Assembly (NCBI GenBank): GCA_033344795.1
Contig: JAWPMS010000001.1
Coordinates: 2,054,992 to 2,118,991, forward strand
DNA: 64,000 nt
Direction of reading: 5' to 3'
Source of the DNA: Acidimicrobiia bacterium
GTDB lineage: Bacteria; Actinomycetota; Acidimicrobiia; Acidimicrobiales; SHLQ01
The translations under genes were made by a program, and so were the position numbers. This document shows, in pieces, positions 55,464 to 64,000 of this stretch. Positions within the stretch are counted from its first letter, which is position 1. Each line of letters begins with the position of its first letter. The notes below the pieces were generated by a model. The model was not told where the DNA came from. It worked only from the letters and a program-made list of their open reading frames with translations, and ran no database searches.

Positions 55464-57328
55464 GAGAGAAATTCTCGTCGAAGTGTTTGTGCCTGCGCGT
55501 TCGATGGTGCTCTGGCGTCTACCTCGTCGAGAGCGCGCGCACCTGCGCTCAGATCTCCACGCTCGAAGTGAACGACGGCCAGGTTCAGATGAGGCTCGAT
55601 GGCCACTGGGTCGAGCCGTGCCGCATGTTCGAGCTCAGCAATAGCGGCATCCGACCTGCCCGCCAGGGCGAGAGCGATGCCGTGGGTCAGCTCGGTGGCC
55701 GGGTTGTTCGGATCGCTCGTGTCGAGGTCTTCCAGCGAGTCCAATGCGGCGTTCAGCGCCTCCTCGCTTCCGTCGCGACGTGCGATCTCGAGGAGCACGA
55801 TTCCGCGCTCGGCGAGAAACGCCGGATCCCGCGGTGAGGTGGCGAGGCCGGCCTCCAGGCGAAGCAAGGCCTCTCGATACCCATCGAGGGTTCCGGGGCC
55901 CGCTGCTGCCCGAGCTGCGATGAAGTCGTAGCGGATCGAGTCGGGCCGCCTATTCCGCGCAATGTCGGCCGCGGCGAGCGCCACATTTCCGTCTGGAGCA
56001 TCGATGACGCCGTTGACTGCGTGGTCCGCAGCCACGTCCGAGAGCCCGGCCACGGCGCAGACCGCGGCGAAAAAGCCGGCGACCAGCATCGTTGCCTCTT
56101 TTGCCCCCGAAACCGAAGTGAACAGCGGAGGTCGAAGTTCACCGCGCTGGGGTCTGCGCGCCACGAGCAATCCAGCCAGGACCCAGAAGACCGGATCGAG
56201 CTCCGCGAGCGGAAACAAGAAGAACTGCTGCGTCACGTAGCCGATGACCGCGACGCCCAGGGCGGCGTCGGTCGGATCATCGGCGCGCAGCCGTTGCATT
56301 GCCGTGACGAGCAGTCCGAGCTGGAGCAACACCATTCCGGCCCCCGTGACCAGACCCCCGGAAAGGCTGGTGTCCAGCAGACCGAGGTGTGCACGATCGG
56401 TGATCACGTCCCGTCCATGCTGGATCACGTACCGCTCATCGACGTGCGCCCCAAACACGGTTCGGTACCCCTCGGGGCCATAGCCGAGCACGCCACGGGT
56501 AGGGCTTTCGAAGAGTGCATCGACTCCGACCTGCCACTCATCGAGGCGCCCCACGACGACCCCGGTGTCGAACTCGGTCAAGGTGGCGGCGCGGTCACCA
56601 AGCGAGGTCGTTGCGAGGAGCCCGACGATGAACAGCAGGCCCATGACCCCCAAAATCCACGTCCGCCGCCGAACCACAAGGCTGATCGTGGCGACCGCAA
56701 TGCCGACCCAGGCAGCTCGTGATTGAGACAGCGCCAACGCCGAAGCGCCGAGGATGCTGCCGAGCACACCGGCGACCCGCCACGCCAGGGGTGCGACCTT
56801 GTCGACTGCAACAGCCGCGCAGAGCGGCACGGCCAGCACCATCGCCGCGCCGAGAAACGCGGGCTGGCCAAACGTTCCACCCGCACGATCGCCCGCAAAG
56901 TCGCTTGCGAAGGATCCAACCTGACCCACCTCGAGCAACGTGTACACGCCACCAAGTGAGGTCGCGATCGTCGTTGCACGCAACACGATGGGCGACGCGG
57001 TCTTCGGATAGATCGACGCAGTGGCGAAGAGACCCGCGAACATGACCCAGGCGGCGAGTCCGAGGTGGCGATCAGGCGTTCCGATCAACGAATGCCAGAG
57101 ATCTTCCGACAGGGCCGTGGACAACGCCAGCCCCGCCAAGGTGATGACCCACCCAAGAACCGCCCACCGAGGAAGCGGTCGCAGTCGCACATCGCCTGAA
57201 CCGAGCGAGATGGCGATCGCTGCGAAGCAGAGGGTGCTCAGCAGCGCCCAGCGAAGCGGGCCGAATCGGTCCCATCCCCACGGATCCACTGCAAGAAGAG
57301 CCGCTGCGGCGATCATTCCGAAGCGCAT
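55460..57328 (-). CDS. O-antigen ligase/polymerase (Wzy_C)-like polytopic membrane protein with C-terminal TPR repeats
   Basis: 622 aa with about 12 helices, including an LSQSRAAWVG loop typical of Wzy_C. The C-terminal ~200 aa are soluble and carry TPR-like A..L..A..LDP repeats. Confidence 0.75.
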   Translation of the reverse strand: MRFGMIAAAALLAVDPWGWDRFGPLRWALLSTLCFAAIAISLGSGDVRLRPLPRWAVLGWVITLAGLALSTALSEDLWHSLIGTPDRHLGLAAWVMFAGLFATASIYPKTASPIVLRATTIATSLGGVYTLLEVGQVGSFASDFAGDRAGGTFGQPAFLGAAMVLAVPLCAAVAVDKVAPLAWRVAGVLGSILGASALALSQSRAAWVGIAVATISLVVRRRTWILGVMGLLFIVGLLATTSLGDRAATLTEFDTGVVVGRLDEWQVGVDALFESPTRGVLGYGPEGYRTVFGAHVDERYVIQHGRDVITDRAHLGLLDTSLSGGLVTGAGMVLLQLGLLVTAMQRLRADDPTDAALGVAVIGYVTQQFFLFPLAELDPVFWVLAGLLVARRPQRGELRPPLFTSVSGAKEATMLVAGFFAAVCAVAGLSDVAADHAVNGVIDAPDGNVALAAADIARNRRPDSIRYDFIAARAAAGPGTLDGYREALLRLEAGLATSPRDPAFLAERGIVLLEIARRDGSEEALNAALDSLEDLDTSDPNNPATELTHGIALALAGRSDAAIAELEHAARLDPVAIEPHLNLAVVHFERGDLSAGARALDEVDARAPSNAQAQTLRREFLS

Positions 57329-57454
57329 CAGGAGGCGGCACTCATCGATTCGACACGTGGTGGTGGGTTTCTTTGTATGTCACAAAGTAATCCTTGTGAT
57401 GTGCACCGGCACAACCATACGCTTTGACGTGCCCCGAGACGAAGAAGAGTCATC

Positions 57455-58942
57455 ATGAAACAAATCGACCACCTGATCAATGGCGTCACCGTGAAGGGAT
57501 CTTCGGGCAACACAAAGCCGGTGTTCAATCCTGCGACCGGAGAGCAGACCGCTGAGGTCGCGGTCGCGTCGGCGGCCGAGGTTGATTCGGCCGTTCAGGT
57601 TGCACAAAAGGCGTTCGAAGAATGGCGTCATGTGAGCATTGCGCGGCGAACCAAGCTCATGTACAACTTCCGCAATCTCGTCGACGCGAACACCGATGAG
57701 TTGGCACGTCGTTTGACCTCAGAGCACGGCAAAGTGCTCAGCGACTCTGCGGGTGAGGTCGCTCGTGGCCTCGAGAACATCGAATTTGCCTGTGGCATGG
57801 CCGATGTCCTCAAAGGAAGCGTCAGCGAGAACGCCTCGACCGGCGTTGATGTGCAGACGGTGCGACGCCCGCTGGGTGTCGTCGCGGGGATCACGCCGTT
57901 CAACTTTCCGGCAATGATTCCGCTGTGGACGATCCCCAACGCCGTCGCGGCAGGCAACGCCTTCGTTCTCAAACCATCGGAGCGAGATCCTTCCACGCCG
58001 ATGTTCATCGCGGAACTCTTCCACGAGGCTGGGTTTCCCGACGGACTTCTGAATGTCGTCAACGGTGACAAGGTCGCCGTCGACGCGCTGCTCGAGCACG
58101 AGCTCGTGCGCGCCGTCAGCTTCGTTGGGTCCACCCCGATCGCGAAGTACATCTACACGACTGCGGCGGCCAATGGAAAAAGGGTTCAAGCCCTCGGCGG
58201 CGCAAAGAACCACATGGTCGTGCTCCCGGACGCCGACATCAACCTTGCTGCAGATGCCGCTGTCTCAGCCGGCTATGGCTCGGCTGGAGAACGCTGCATG
58301 GCCATTTCGGTCATCGTGGCCGTTGGTGACTCGGCCGATCCTCTGATCGAGGCAATCCGCGAGCGCACCGGTCGCCTCGTGATCGGCGACGGCACCGACC
58401 CCGCCAGCGAGATGGGCCCCCTCATCACCGAAGAACATCGAGATCGGGTTGCCGGTTACATCGACGCGGGTGAAAAGGCCGGTGCCACGGTTGTCGTCGA
58501 CGGTCGGGATCAAGCCTTCGACGGCAAAGGGTTCTTTCTCGGCGTCAGCCTCATCGACAATGTCACGACAGACATGTCGGTGTACACCGATGAGATCTTC
58601 GGTCCCGTGCTCAGCGTCGTACGCGTCGAGACGTTCGCCGAAGCAATGGACATGATCGAGAAGAACCAGTGGGGCAATGGAACGGCACTCTTCACCCGAG
58701 ACGGCGGCGCCGCTCGCCGGTTCCAAGAGGAGGTTGAGGCCGGCATGGTGGGTATCAACGTTCCGGTACCCGTTCCGGTCGGCTACCACAGCTTCGGCGG
58801 CTGGAACGACAGCTTCTTTGGTGACACCACGATGTATGGCCCCGAAGGCATGCGCTTCTACACCCGGCCAAAGGTCACGACGACTCGCTGGCCAGATCCG
58901 GCGACCAGCACGGTCGATCTCGGATTCCCGACGAACTCGTAG
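57455..58942 (+). CDS. mmsA: CoA-acylating methylmalonate-semialdehyde dehydrogenase
   Basis: 495 aa. The aldehyde dehydrogenase catalytic Cys lies in GERCMA, and the N-terminus and length fit the MmsA subfamily. Confidence 0.88.
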   Translation: MKQIDHLINGVTVKGSSGNTKPVFNPATGEQTAEVAVASAAEVDSAVQVAQKAFEEWRHVSIARRTKLMYNFRNLVDANTDELARRLTSEHGKVLSDSAGEVARGLENIEFACGMADVLKGSVSENASTGVDVQTVRRPLGVVAGITPFNFPAMIPLWTIPNAVAAGNAFVLKPSERDPSTPMFIAELFHEAGFPDGLLNVVNGDKVAVDALLEHELVRAVSFVGSTPIAKYIYTTAAANGKRVQALGGAKNHMVVLPDADINLAADAAVSAGYGSAGERCMAISVIVAVGDSADPLIEAIRERTGRLVIGDGTDPASEMGPLITEEHRDRVAGYIDAGEKAGATVVVDGRDQAFDGKGFFLGVSLIDNVTTDMSVYTDEIFGPVLSVVRVETFAEAMDMIEKNQWGNGTALFTRDGGAARRFQEEVEAGMVGINVPVPVPVGYHSFGGWNDSFFGDTTMYGPEGMRFYTRPKVTTTRWPDPATSTVDLGFPTNS

Positions 58943-58961
58943 CGAACGCAAAAGCGACAAA

Positions 58962-58996
58962 GGGCCACCGCTGCATCGAACAGCGCTGGCCCTTTT
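58962..58996. terminator. bidirectional rho-independent terminator between convergent mmsA and the RDD gene
   Basis: AAA-GGGCCACCGCTG-CATCGAA-CAGCGCTGGCCC-TTTT pairs 11 of 12 bp. It is flanked by an A run and a T run, so it works on both strands. Confidence 0.75.
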
Positions 58997-59015
58997 CGTT
59001 CCAGGGAAGTGGGCC

Positions 59016-59561
59016 TCAGATGGGGTTGCCGTTCGGGAAGATCGGCATGAGTCCGCCTGCGGGGACTTGAATGGCCTGATTGTTCAGGACCTTGTCGTAG
59101 AGCGTCTTCTTCTCGGGGTCGAAGAGCATCCAGAGGGAGCCGACGGGCAGGCCGCACACGACCGAGTTGAAGATCGCGGACACGATGTAGCGGATTGCTG
59201 CGCCGCCCATGCCGAGCATGCCGCCGTTTGCGTCGACGACCTGCACGCCTTGCATCCGTTTGCCGGGCGTCTGGCCGGTGGTGCCGACACCGCCGATGTA
59301 CATGTACAACGCGGCGGCGAGAATCGCGAGATACAGGACGACCGCTGCGAGGAAGCCAAGTGCGCCACTGATCTGTCCCAAGATGAACACGATGATGAAG
59401 GCGGGAACGAACATCGCCAAGACGATTCCCGCATCGATCAATACGGCGATAAGTCGTTGGCCAAAGGAGGCCGGAGTCCCGGCTGTCATCCCCGTGGGTG
59501 GTGGCGCTGCTGGAAAATCACTCATGTCCCGTCCTTTTTGAAGCACTCCGTCGCGCTTCAA
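59016..59561 (-). CDS. RDD family membrane protein
   Basis: The Pro-rich N-terminus is followed by FGQRLIAVLIDAGIV (RDD-type first helix) and ...LYDKV near the C-terminus. An alternative start is ATG 59525. Confidence 0.75.
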   Translation of the reverse strand: MKRDGVLQKGRDMSDFPAAPPPTGMTAGTPASFGQRLIAVLIDAGIVLAMFVPAFIIVFILGQISGALGFLAAVVLYLAILAAALYMYIGGVGTTGQTPGKRMQGVQVVDANGGMLGMGGAAIRYIVSAIFNSVVCGLPVGSLWMLFDPEKKTLYDKVLNNQAIQVPAGGLMPIFPNGNPI

Positions 59562-59648
59562 TCTTTGGTCAGAACGGTTCTACCATCCGCCTGGAATCAC
59601 AGCCCACGTGGGGTCACGACTGGCTGCACCCTGTGGTAAGCACGGGGC

Positions 59649-61064
59649 ATGAGTAGACCCACGACCCTCGGTGAGCTGATCAAGACCGGATGGACCTCGG
59701 TCCCCGTTGCTGAAGAAGTTCGCAGAAACGCGGTTGAGCGCATCCGTAACGGGGATCCACTCGTAGCCCAGGTTCTCGGATACGAGGACACGGTTCTCCC
59801 GCAGCTCGAGAATGCGCTTCTCGCTGGCCACGACGTGATCTTCCTCGGCGAGCGTGGGCAAGCCAAGACTCGGATGATCCGCAACCTCACCGAGTTGCTC
59901 GATGAGTGGATGCCGATCGTCTCCGGTTCGGAGATAAACGATGACCCGCTCAATCCAGTCTCGTCCCATGCCAAGACGCTCATCGCCGACCAGGGAGACG
60001 ACACTCCCATCGATTGGGTCCATCGAGATTTTCGCTACGGCGAGAAATTGGCCACGCCCGACACGTCCATTGCCGATCTCATTGGCGAAGTCGACCCGAT
60101 CAAGGTGGCCGAAGGCCGATATTTGAGCGACGAACTCACGTTGCACTACGGGTTGGTGCCCCGTTCGAACCGAGGCATCTTTGCCATCAACGAGCTGCCG
60201 GACCTCTCTGAACGAATCCAGGTTGGCCTGCTGAACGTGCTCGAGGAACGCGACGTGCAGATTCGCGGATACAAGGTGCGCCTCCCCCTCGACGTGATGC
60301 TGTTTGCATCGGCCAACCCCGAGGACTACACGAACCGCGGCCGAATCATCACACCTCTGAAGGACCGTTTCGGCTCTCAGATCCGCACGCACTATCCACT
60401 CGATGTCGAAACCGAGATGACGATCGTGCTGCAGGAGGCTGTGCTGCCTCCCGCGGACGTCATCGACGTTCGAGTTCCTGAATTCATGCTCGAAGTCGTT
60501 TCGGAGTTCTCTCAGCAGGCGCGCGAGTCGAGTCAGATCAACCAACGTTCTGGCGTGTCCGTGAGGCTCTCCGTCGCGAACTACGAAGCAATCGCAGCGA
60601 ATGCCGTTCGTCGAAGCCTGATGTCCGGGTCCGAGATTGCCGTTCCGCGTATCGGTGATCTTGCAGCGATCGCCGCGACGACTTCAGGAAAGATCGAGGT
60701 CGAAGCGTTCGAGGACGGCAGCGAGGGTCGAGTGATCGATGCGCTGCTCCGCTCGGCGGTTCACACGGTGTTTGCCGACTCTGTGGATGCGACGTTGCAT
60801 GGGCCGATCGTCGACGCGTTCGAGGAAGGCATCACCGTCGACGTTGGGGCGGATGTCGATACCGACGTCTACCTCGGCGTGCTTGCGCAGGTACCGGCGC
60901 TCCAACCGGCGATCGACGCGTTGTTGGAAGGTGACGAGATCGACACCGACGAACCCGCAGTTGTTTCCTCAGCGATCGAGCTGATTCTCGAGGGGCTGCA
61001 CCTCGCAAAGCGCCTCAACAAGAACGTGCACGGCGCCACGGCGCAGTACCGGGGGCGAAGCTAG
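59649..61064 (+). CDS. AAA+ ATPase of the Mg-chelatase-like / sigma-54-interaction-domain-like family
   Basis: 471 aa. Walker A-like FLGERGQAKT, Walker B-like GIFAINELPDL, and ITPLKDRFG (sensor/Arg-finger region) are present. The family is usually paired with a VWA protein, and none is present here. Confidence 0.75.
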   Translation: MSRPTTLGELIKTGWTSVPVAEEVRRNAVERIRNGDPLVAQVLGYEDTVLPQLENALLAGHDVIFLGERGQAKTRMIRNLTELLDEWMPIVSGSEINDDPLNPVSSHAKTLIADQGDDTPIDWVHRDFRYGEKLATPDTSIADLIGEVDPIKVAEGRYLSDELTLHYGLVPRSNRGIFAINELPDLSERIQVGLLNVLEERDVQIRGYKVRLPLDVMLFASANPEDYTNRGRIITPLKDRFGSQIRTHYPLDVETEMTIVLQEAVLPPADVIDVRVPEFMLEVVSEFSQQARESSQINQRSGVSVRLSVANYEAIAANAVRRSLMSGSEIAVPRIGDLAAIAATTSGKIEVEAFEDGSEGRVIDALLRSAVHTVFADSVDATLHGPIVDAFEEGITVDVGADVDTDVYLGVLAQVPALQPAIDALLEGDEIDTDEPAVVSSAIELILEGLHLAKRLNKNVHGATAQYRGRS

Positions 61065-61190
61065 GGCCTTCGTTCGGTCCCGGCCCTGCGGGCTCCTCTG
61101 GTCATGGTGCGTCATCTGATTGCAACACGCTCTTTACGGGACATTTTTGTCCCTGATGCCTACTGTACGTGGTAGGCGTGAGGAGAACAG

Positions 61191-62795
61191 ATGCCCGAGC
61201 AGGACAATCCAGACGACGGCGGCGTGACCGGACCCCAGCTAGGGCCGCCACCGCCGCGAGCAAAGCAGCAACCGACCTCGGTTGCCGAGAGGCCACCCGA
61301 TCCGCCGCCTGCGTTGCCTCGTCCAGACCCGGCACCACTGCTTCCGAGCAGGGTTGATTCGCCAACGACGGGCACCGGCGAGATCCTCGGCGTCCTCGCG
61401 GCGGGTTTCTTCGGAAACCTCGTGCTCCGCACGGGGGTGGTCTCCTCGGCTGCGATGGCACTGGTCATCTTGACGCTGGCAGTGGTCGTGGTTTCTACCG
61501 GTCGAATCCGTCGACGCGAACCGCTCGTGTTCCTCGGCCTCGCTGCGGCGATTGCCCCGTGGCTCGCGATCCGTTCCGACAATGCGCTCACGGCAATGAA
61601 CGTGGCAATGATCGTCATCCTCCTTGGCGTTGCCGCAGGGATTTCGAAACGCGGAAGCGCCTTCGACGCTCGGGTACGCGACCTCGCAAATCACGTTTGG
61701 TCTCCCATCTACGAATGGCTATATGGACTGACGATCATCAACCGGTTCGCCTCGGCCGCCACCGCAGAGCACAAGCTCGCGCCGTTCCTCCGAGGAGCGG
61801 CCGTCGCGGTCCCCGTGCTCATCATCTTCACGACACTCTTGGCAAGCGCTGACGACGTCTTCGCGAAGTTCCTGCTCCTCGGCGATCTACCGTCGCTGAT
61901 CGGGCACGTGATCTTGTCGCTGGCCGTGGCGGTGCTGTTGTTTGGCTGGGTCAGCCGAGCTGCACACGCGGCTCCGGAGTCGAAGAGCCCGTTCAACATC
62001 CGTTTCCTTGGCCCGCTCGAAGTCACGATGATCCTCGGCAGTCTCGCGACGTTGTTCGCTGCGTTCGTCGCGACGCAGGTGGTAGTCGACCTCGGGGGAG
62101 CGAACCACGTCCTCGAGACCGAAGGCCTGACGCAGGCAGAACACGCTCGTGCTGGATTCTTTCAACTCCTGTGGGTCGCTGGGCTTTCGCTCGGACTCGT
62201 CGGCGGACTTCGGGCGACACGAATCCTCGAGCCAGAGAAGGGTCGAGATCGGTTCATCCCTCTCGCCTTGGTGACCCTGTTCCTGACCCTCTTGATCGCG
62301 TTTGTGAGCATCGATCGACTCTCGCTTTACGTCGGGTCCTTTGGACTGACACCGTTGAGGTTCTGGGCGCTTGCGGGAGCTGCCGGTATCGCGCTGCTCA
62401 TCGTGGCTTACGGGGTCTCGATCTTGGGGTGGCGGTCGGGCGCTCAGTGGTTTCCGGGTGTGGCCATCGTCTTGGGAGCGCTCTTCACCCTTGGCTTGAA
62501 CGTCTCCAACCCTGACGCGAGGGTCGCCGACTACAACATGGACCGGTCGACATCGGTCGATGTCGGTACGCTCAGCACGTTGAGTGACGATGCCGTCGAG
62601 ACGATGATCAACTCGATCCACAAGCTCAACGCCGTCGACCGTGAAAGCCTGCGCAGCGAGCTTTGTCTACGACCAATTCGACAGACGACGTTCGGCGCCT
62701 TCGACTACAACTCCGGCCGCGTGGCCGCAGACGGGGCGTTGGATTCGTTCTGCGACGGGGGTCGTCCCACCGAAAGCGGTTGGAGGGGCGACTGA
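61191..62795 (+). CDS. DUF4153/DUF4173-like polytopic membrane protein (copy 1) with Pro-rich N-terminus
   Basis: 534 aa with an AGGAG RBS and many TM helices. The blocks GFFQLLWV and LTPLRFWA are shared with the next gene. Confidence 0.65.
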   Translation: MPEQDNPDDGGVTGPQLGPPPPRAKQQPTSVAERPPDPPPALPRPDPAPLLPSRVDSPTTGTGEILGVLAAGFFGNLVLRTGVVSSAAMALVILTLAVVVVSTGRIRRREPLVFLGLAAAIAPWLAIRSDNALTAMNVAMIVILLGVAAGISKRGSAFDARVRDLANHVWSPIYEWLYGLTIINRFASAATAEHKLAPFLRGAAVAVPVLIIFTTLLASADDVFAKFLLLGDLPSLIGHVILSLAVAVLLFGWVSRAAHAAPESKSPFNIRFLGPLEVTMILGSLATLFAAFVATQVVVDLGGANHVLETEGLTQAEHARAGFFQLLWVAGLSLGLVGGLRATRILEPEKGRDRFIPLALVTLFLTLLIAFVSIDRLSLYVGSFGLTPLRFWALAGAAGIALLIVAYGVSILGWRSGAQWFPGVAIVLGALFTLGLNVSNPDARVADYNMDRSTSVDVGTLSTLSDDAVETMINSIHKLNAVDRESLRSELCLRPIRQTTFGAFDYNSGRVAADGALDSFCDGGRPTESGWRGD

Positions 62796-62796
62796 A

Positions 62797-64000
62797 GTGA
62801 CCGGTCGGACGGACCAACAAGCGCCAACTCTCCCGGCGATCGACGAGCCAGACGGACAGACGGTCGATCGCGCTCGGCTGCGGTTCGTCCGAGCGCGTCG
62901 GGCGGGCTTCGCGCTAGCGCTGGCGCTCGCCGTCGGGTTGTCCACGAGCAGCGGTCTCGGGCTCGCGGTCAGCTGTCTCGCTCTGCTGCTCGGTATCGCC
63001 TGGGGTATTGGGTTTCGCTCGACCACCGCGCGGTGGTGCGCGTCAGCCGGGGTGCTGGCCCCCTGGCTGATCGTCCGTGACAACACATGGCTCCTCCTCT
63101 GCATCATCTTCACCGTCGTGCTTGTCGCCTTCGTCTCCGCGTTCGGAGCGGCCACCGAGCAGAGGTTGGGGGACTTGTCGGTGGGCGCGATCTGGCGGCG
63201 AGTACGTCCGCGCCCAATCGATGCACCTCCCGCGTTGGGAGAGTCGGAGCGCACTGCGGTAGCTCTTGTTCGCGGTGCCGTGATCGCGACACCGATCGTG
63301 CTCGTCTTTTGGGCCCTGCTGGCCTCCTCGGACGAGGTCTTCGCCGAGATCGCCGATCCATCCATCGTGCCTGTGGGAAGAGGTGGGCTCTTTCTTGTCG
63401 TCCTGCCGCTCTGTCTCGGTCTCCTTCGTTTTGCGGTGATCGGGCGACCGTCGCAGCCGGCGGTACCCCGGCCCGCCTTTGGTTCGCTCGAGTCGAGCGT
63501 GGTGCTGACGCTCGTCTCGGCGTTGTTCACCCTCTTCATCTCGCTGCGCGCTGCGACGATCGGTCGCGAGTTGTCCGATGCCGCACTGCGATCTGAGGTT
63601 CGTTCCGGGTTCTTCCAGCTCCTCTGGGTCGTCGCGCTGACGGTTGTGTTGGTCCTGGCGATCCGTCAGATCGCCGGAGCTCCCACGCTGGAACGACATG
63701 TTCGTCGCCTGAGTCTCCTCACGATCTTCTTGGCTGCGGTGATCGACGGCCTGGCCATGCTCAAGATCGCCGACTACGTCAGCGAGACCTTCCTGAGCCC
63801 GCTTCGTTTCTGGTCGTTTGGCTTTGGGCTATGGCTGCTCGTCGTCCTGGCCTTGACCGCCCTTCGTGTCGCTGGGGTACGAGCTGGCGACCATTGGTTC
63901 ACCGCTGCCCTCGTTTCAAGTTGGATGGTCTTCGTGTTTGCGATGGGTGCGGTCAACCCGGACCGACGGATCGCCGAGCACAACTTCGCGAATCCTCCGA
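62797..64000 (+). CDS. DUF4153/DUF4173-like polytopic membrane protein (copy 2), 3' end beyond the right edge
   Basis: Hand translation from GTG 62797, 1 nt after the upstream TGA, is open to nt 64000: VTGRTDQQAPTLP...SGFFQLLWVVALT...LSPLRFWSFG...NPDRRIAEHNFANPP. It is collinear with copy 1 and absent from the ORF track because it is open-ended. Confidence 0.7.
   Translation, partial: MTGRTDQQAPTLPAIDEPDGQTVDRARLRFVRARRAGFALALALAVGLSTSSGLGLAVSCLALLLGIAWGIGFRSTTARWCASAGVLAPWLIVRDNTWLLLCIIFTVVLVAFVSAFGAATEQRLGDLSVGAIWRRVRPRPIDAPPALGESERTAVALVRGAVIATPIVLVFWALLASSDEVFAEIADPSIVPVGRGGLFLVVLPLCLGLLRFAVIGRPSQPAVPRPAFGSLESSVVLTLVSALFTLFISLRAATIGRELSDAALRSEVRSGFFQLLWVVALTVVLVLAIRQIAGAPTLERHVRRLSLLTIFLAAVIDGLAMLKIADYVSETFLSPLRFWSFGFGLWLLVVLALTALRVAGVRAGDHWFTAALVSSWMVFVFAMGAVNPDRRIAEHNFANPP

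Noticed and set aside
57371-57387. The palindrome CTTTGT-ATGTC-ACAAAG in the mmsA / Wzy-like divergent spacer.
   Set aside because: It has only 6-bp arms, which is plausible by chance in an AT-richer promoter region. It is noted but is not strong enough to call an operator.
1-64000. Mobile elements, prophage, integrons, toxin-antitoxin pairs, restriction-modification or other defence islands.
   Set aside because: I saw no transposase, integrase, recombinase, phage structural or Cas-like motifs, no terminal inverted repeats flanking a gene block, and no abrupt compositional island. The window reads as core chromosome.

Overview
GC-rich by inspection (not computed), gene-dense chromosomal segment with about 58 protein genes, many start/stop overlaps and short spacers. 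The gene content suggests Actinomycetota, possibly Acidimicrobiia-like, but this is inference only: F420-type LLM oxidoreductase, WS/DGAT, GT87/DUF2029, Sdh1-type sdhCAB, monomeric IDH. Recognisable core metabolism: icd, folD, mdh, sdhCAB, ilvA-like threonine dehydratase, mmsA, CitE-like lyase and a GcvT-family enzyme. The rest is envelope glycosylation (MBOAT, two GT2, GT87, DUF368, O-antigen-ligase-like), transporters (two ABC exporter half-pairs, ABC-F, two DMT, two MFS) and an ECF sigma cluster. I found no rRNA, tRNA, CRISPR array, transposase/integrase or prophage signature. Items most worth a second look: (1) A peroxiredoxin-like gene at 29500..29982 (-) whose W-C-P-x-C first Cys codon is an in-frame TGA followed by a SECIS-like hairpin, so a likely selenoprotein that the ORF track truncates. 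(2) Two tandem paralogous secreted proteins (11771..14672) whose N-terminal domain carries two LAGLIDADG-like motifs with the acidic residues retained, fused to Cys-bracketed FN3-like modules and, in one copy, RTX repeats. (3) A WS/DGAT acyltransferase ending in a perfect 18-bp x4.7 tandem repeat encoding a (KKKAPA)n tail. (4) A GluR0-type ligand-gated K+ channel. (5) A paired membrane-associated dynamin-like GTPase operon. (6) Several strong palindromes and tandem duplications in the few long non-coding leaders. Many starts were moved from the longest-ORF track by hand, so start coordinates are less certain than stops.
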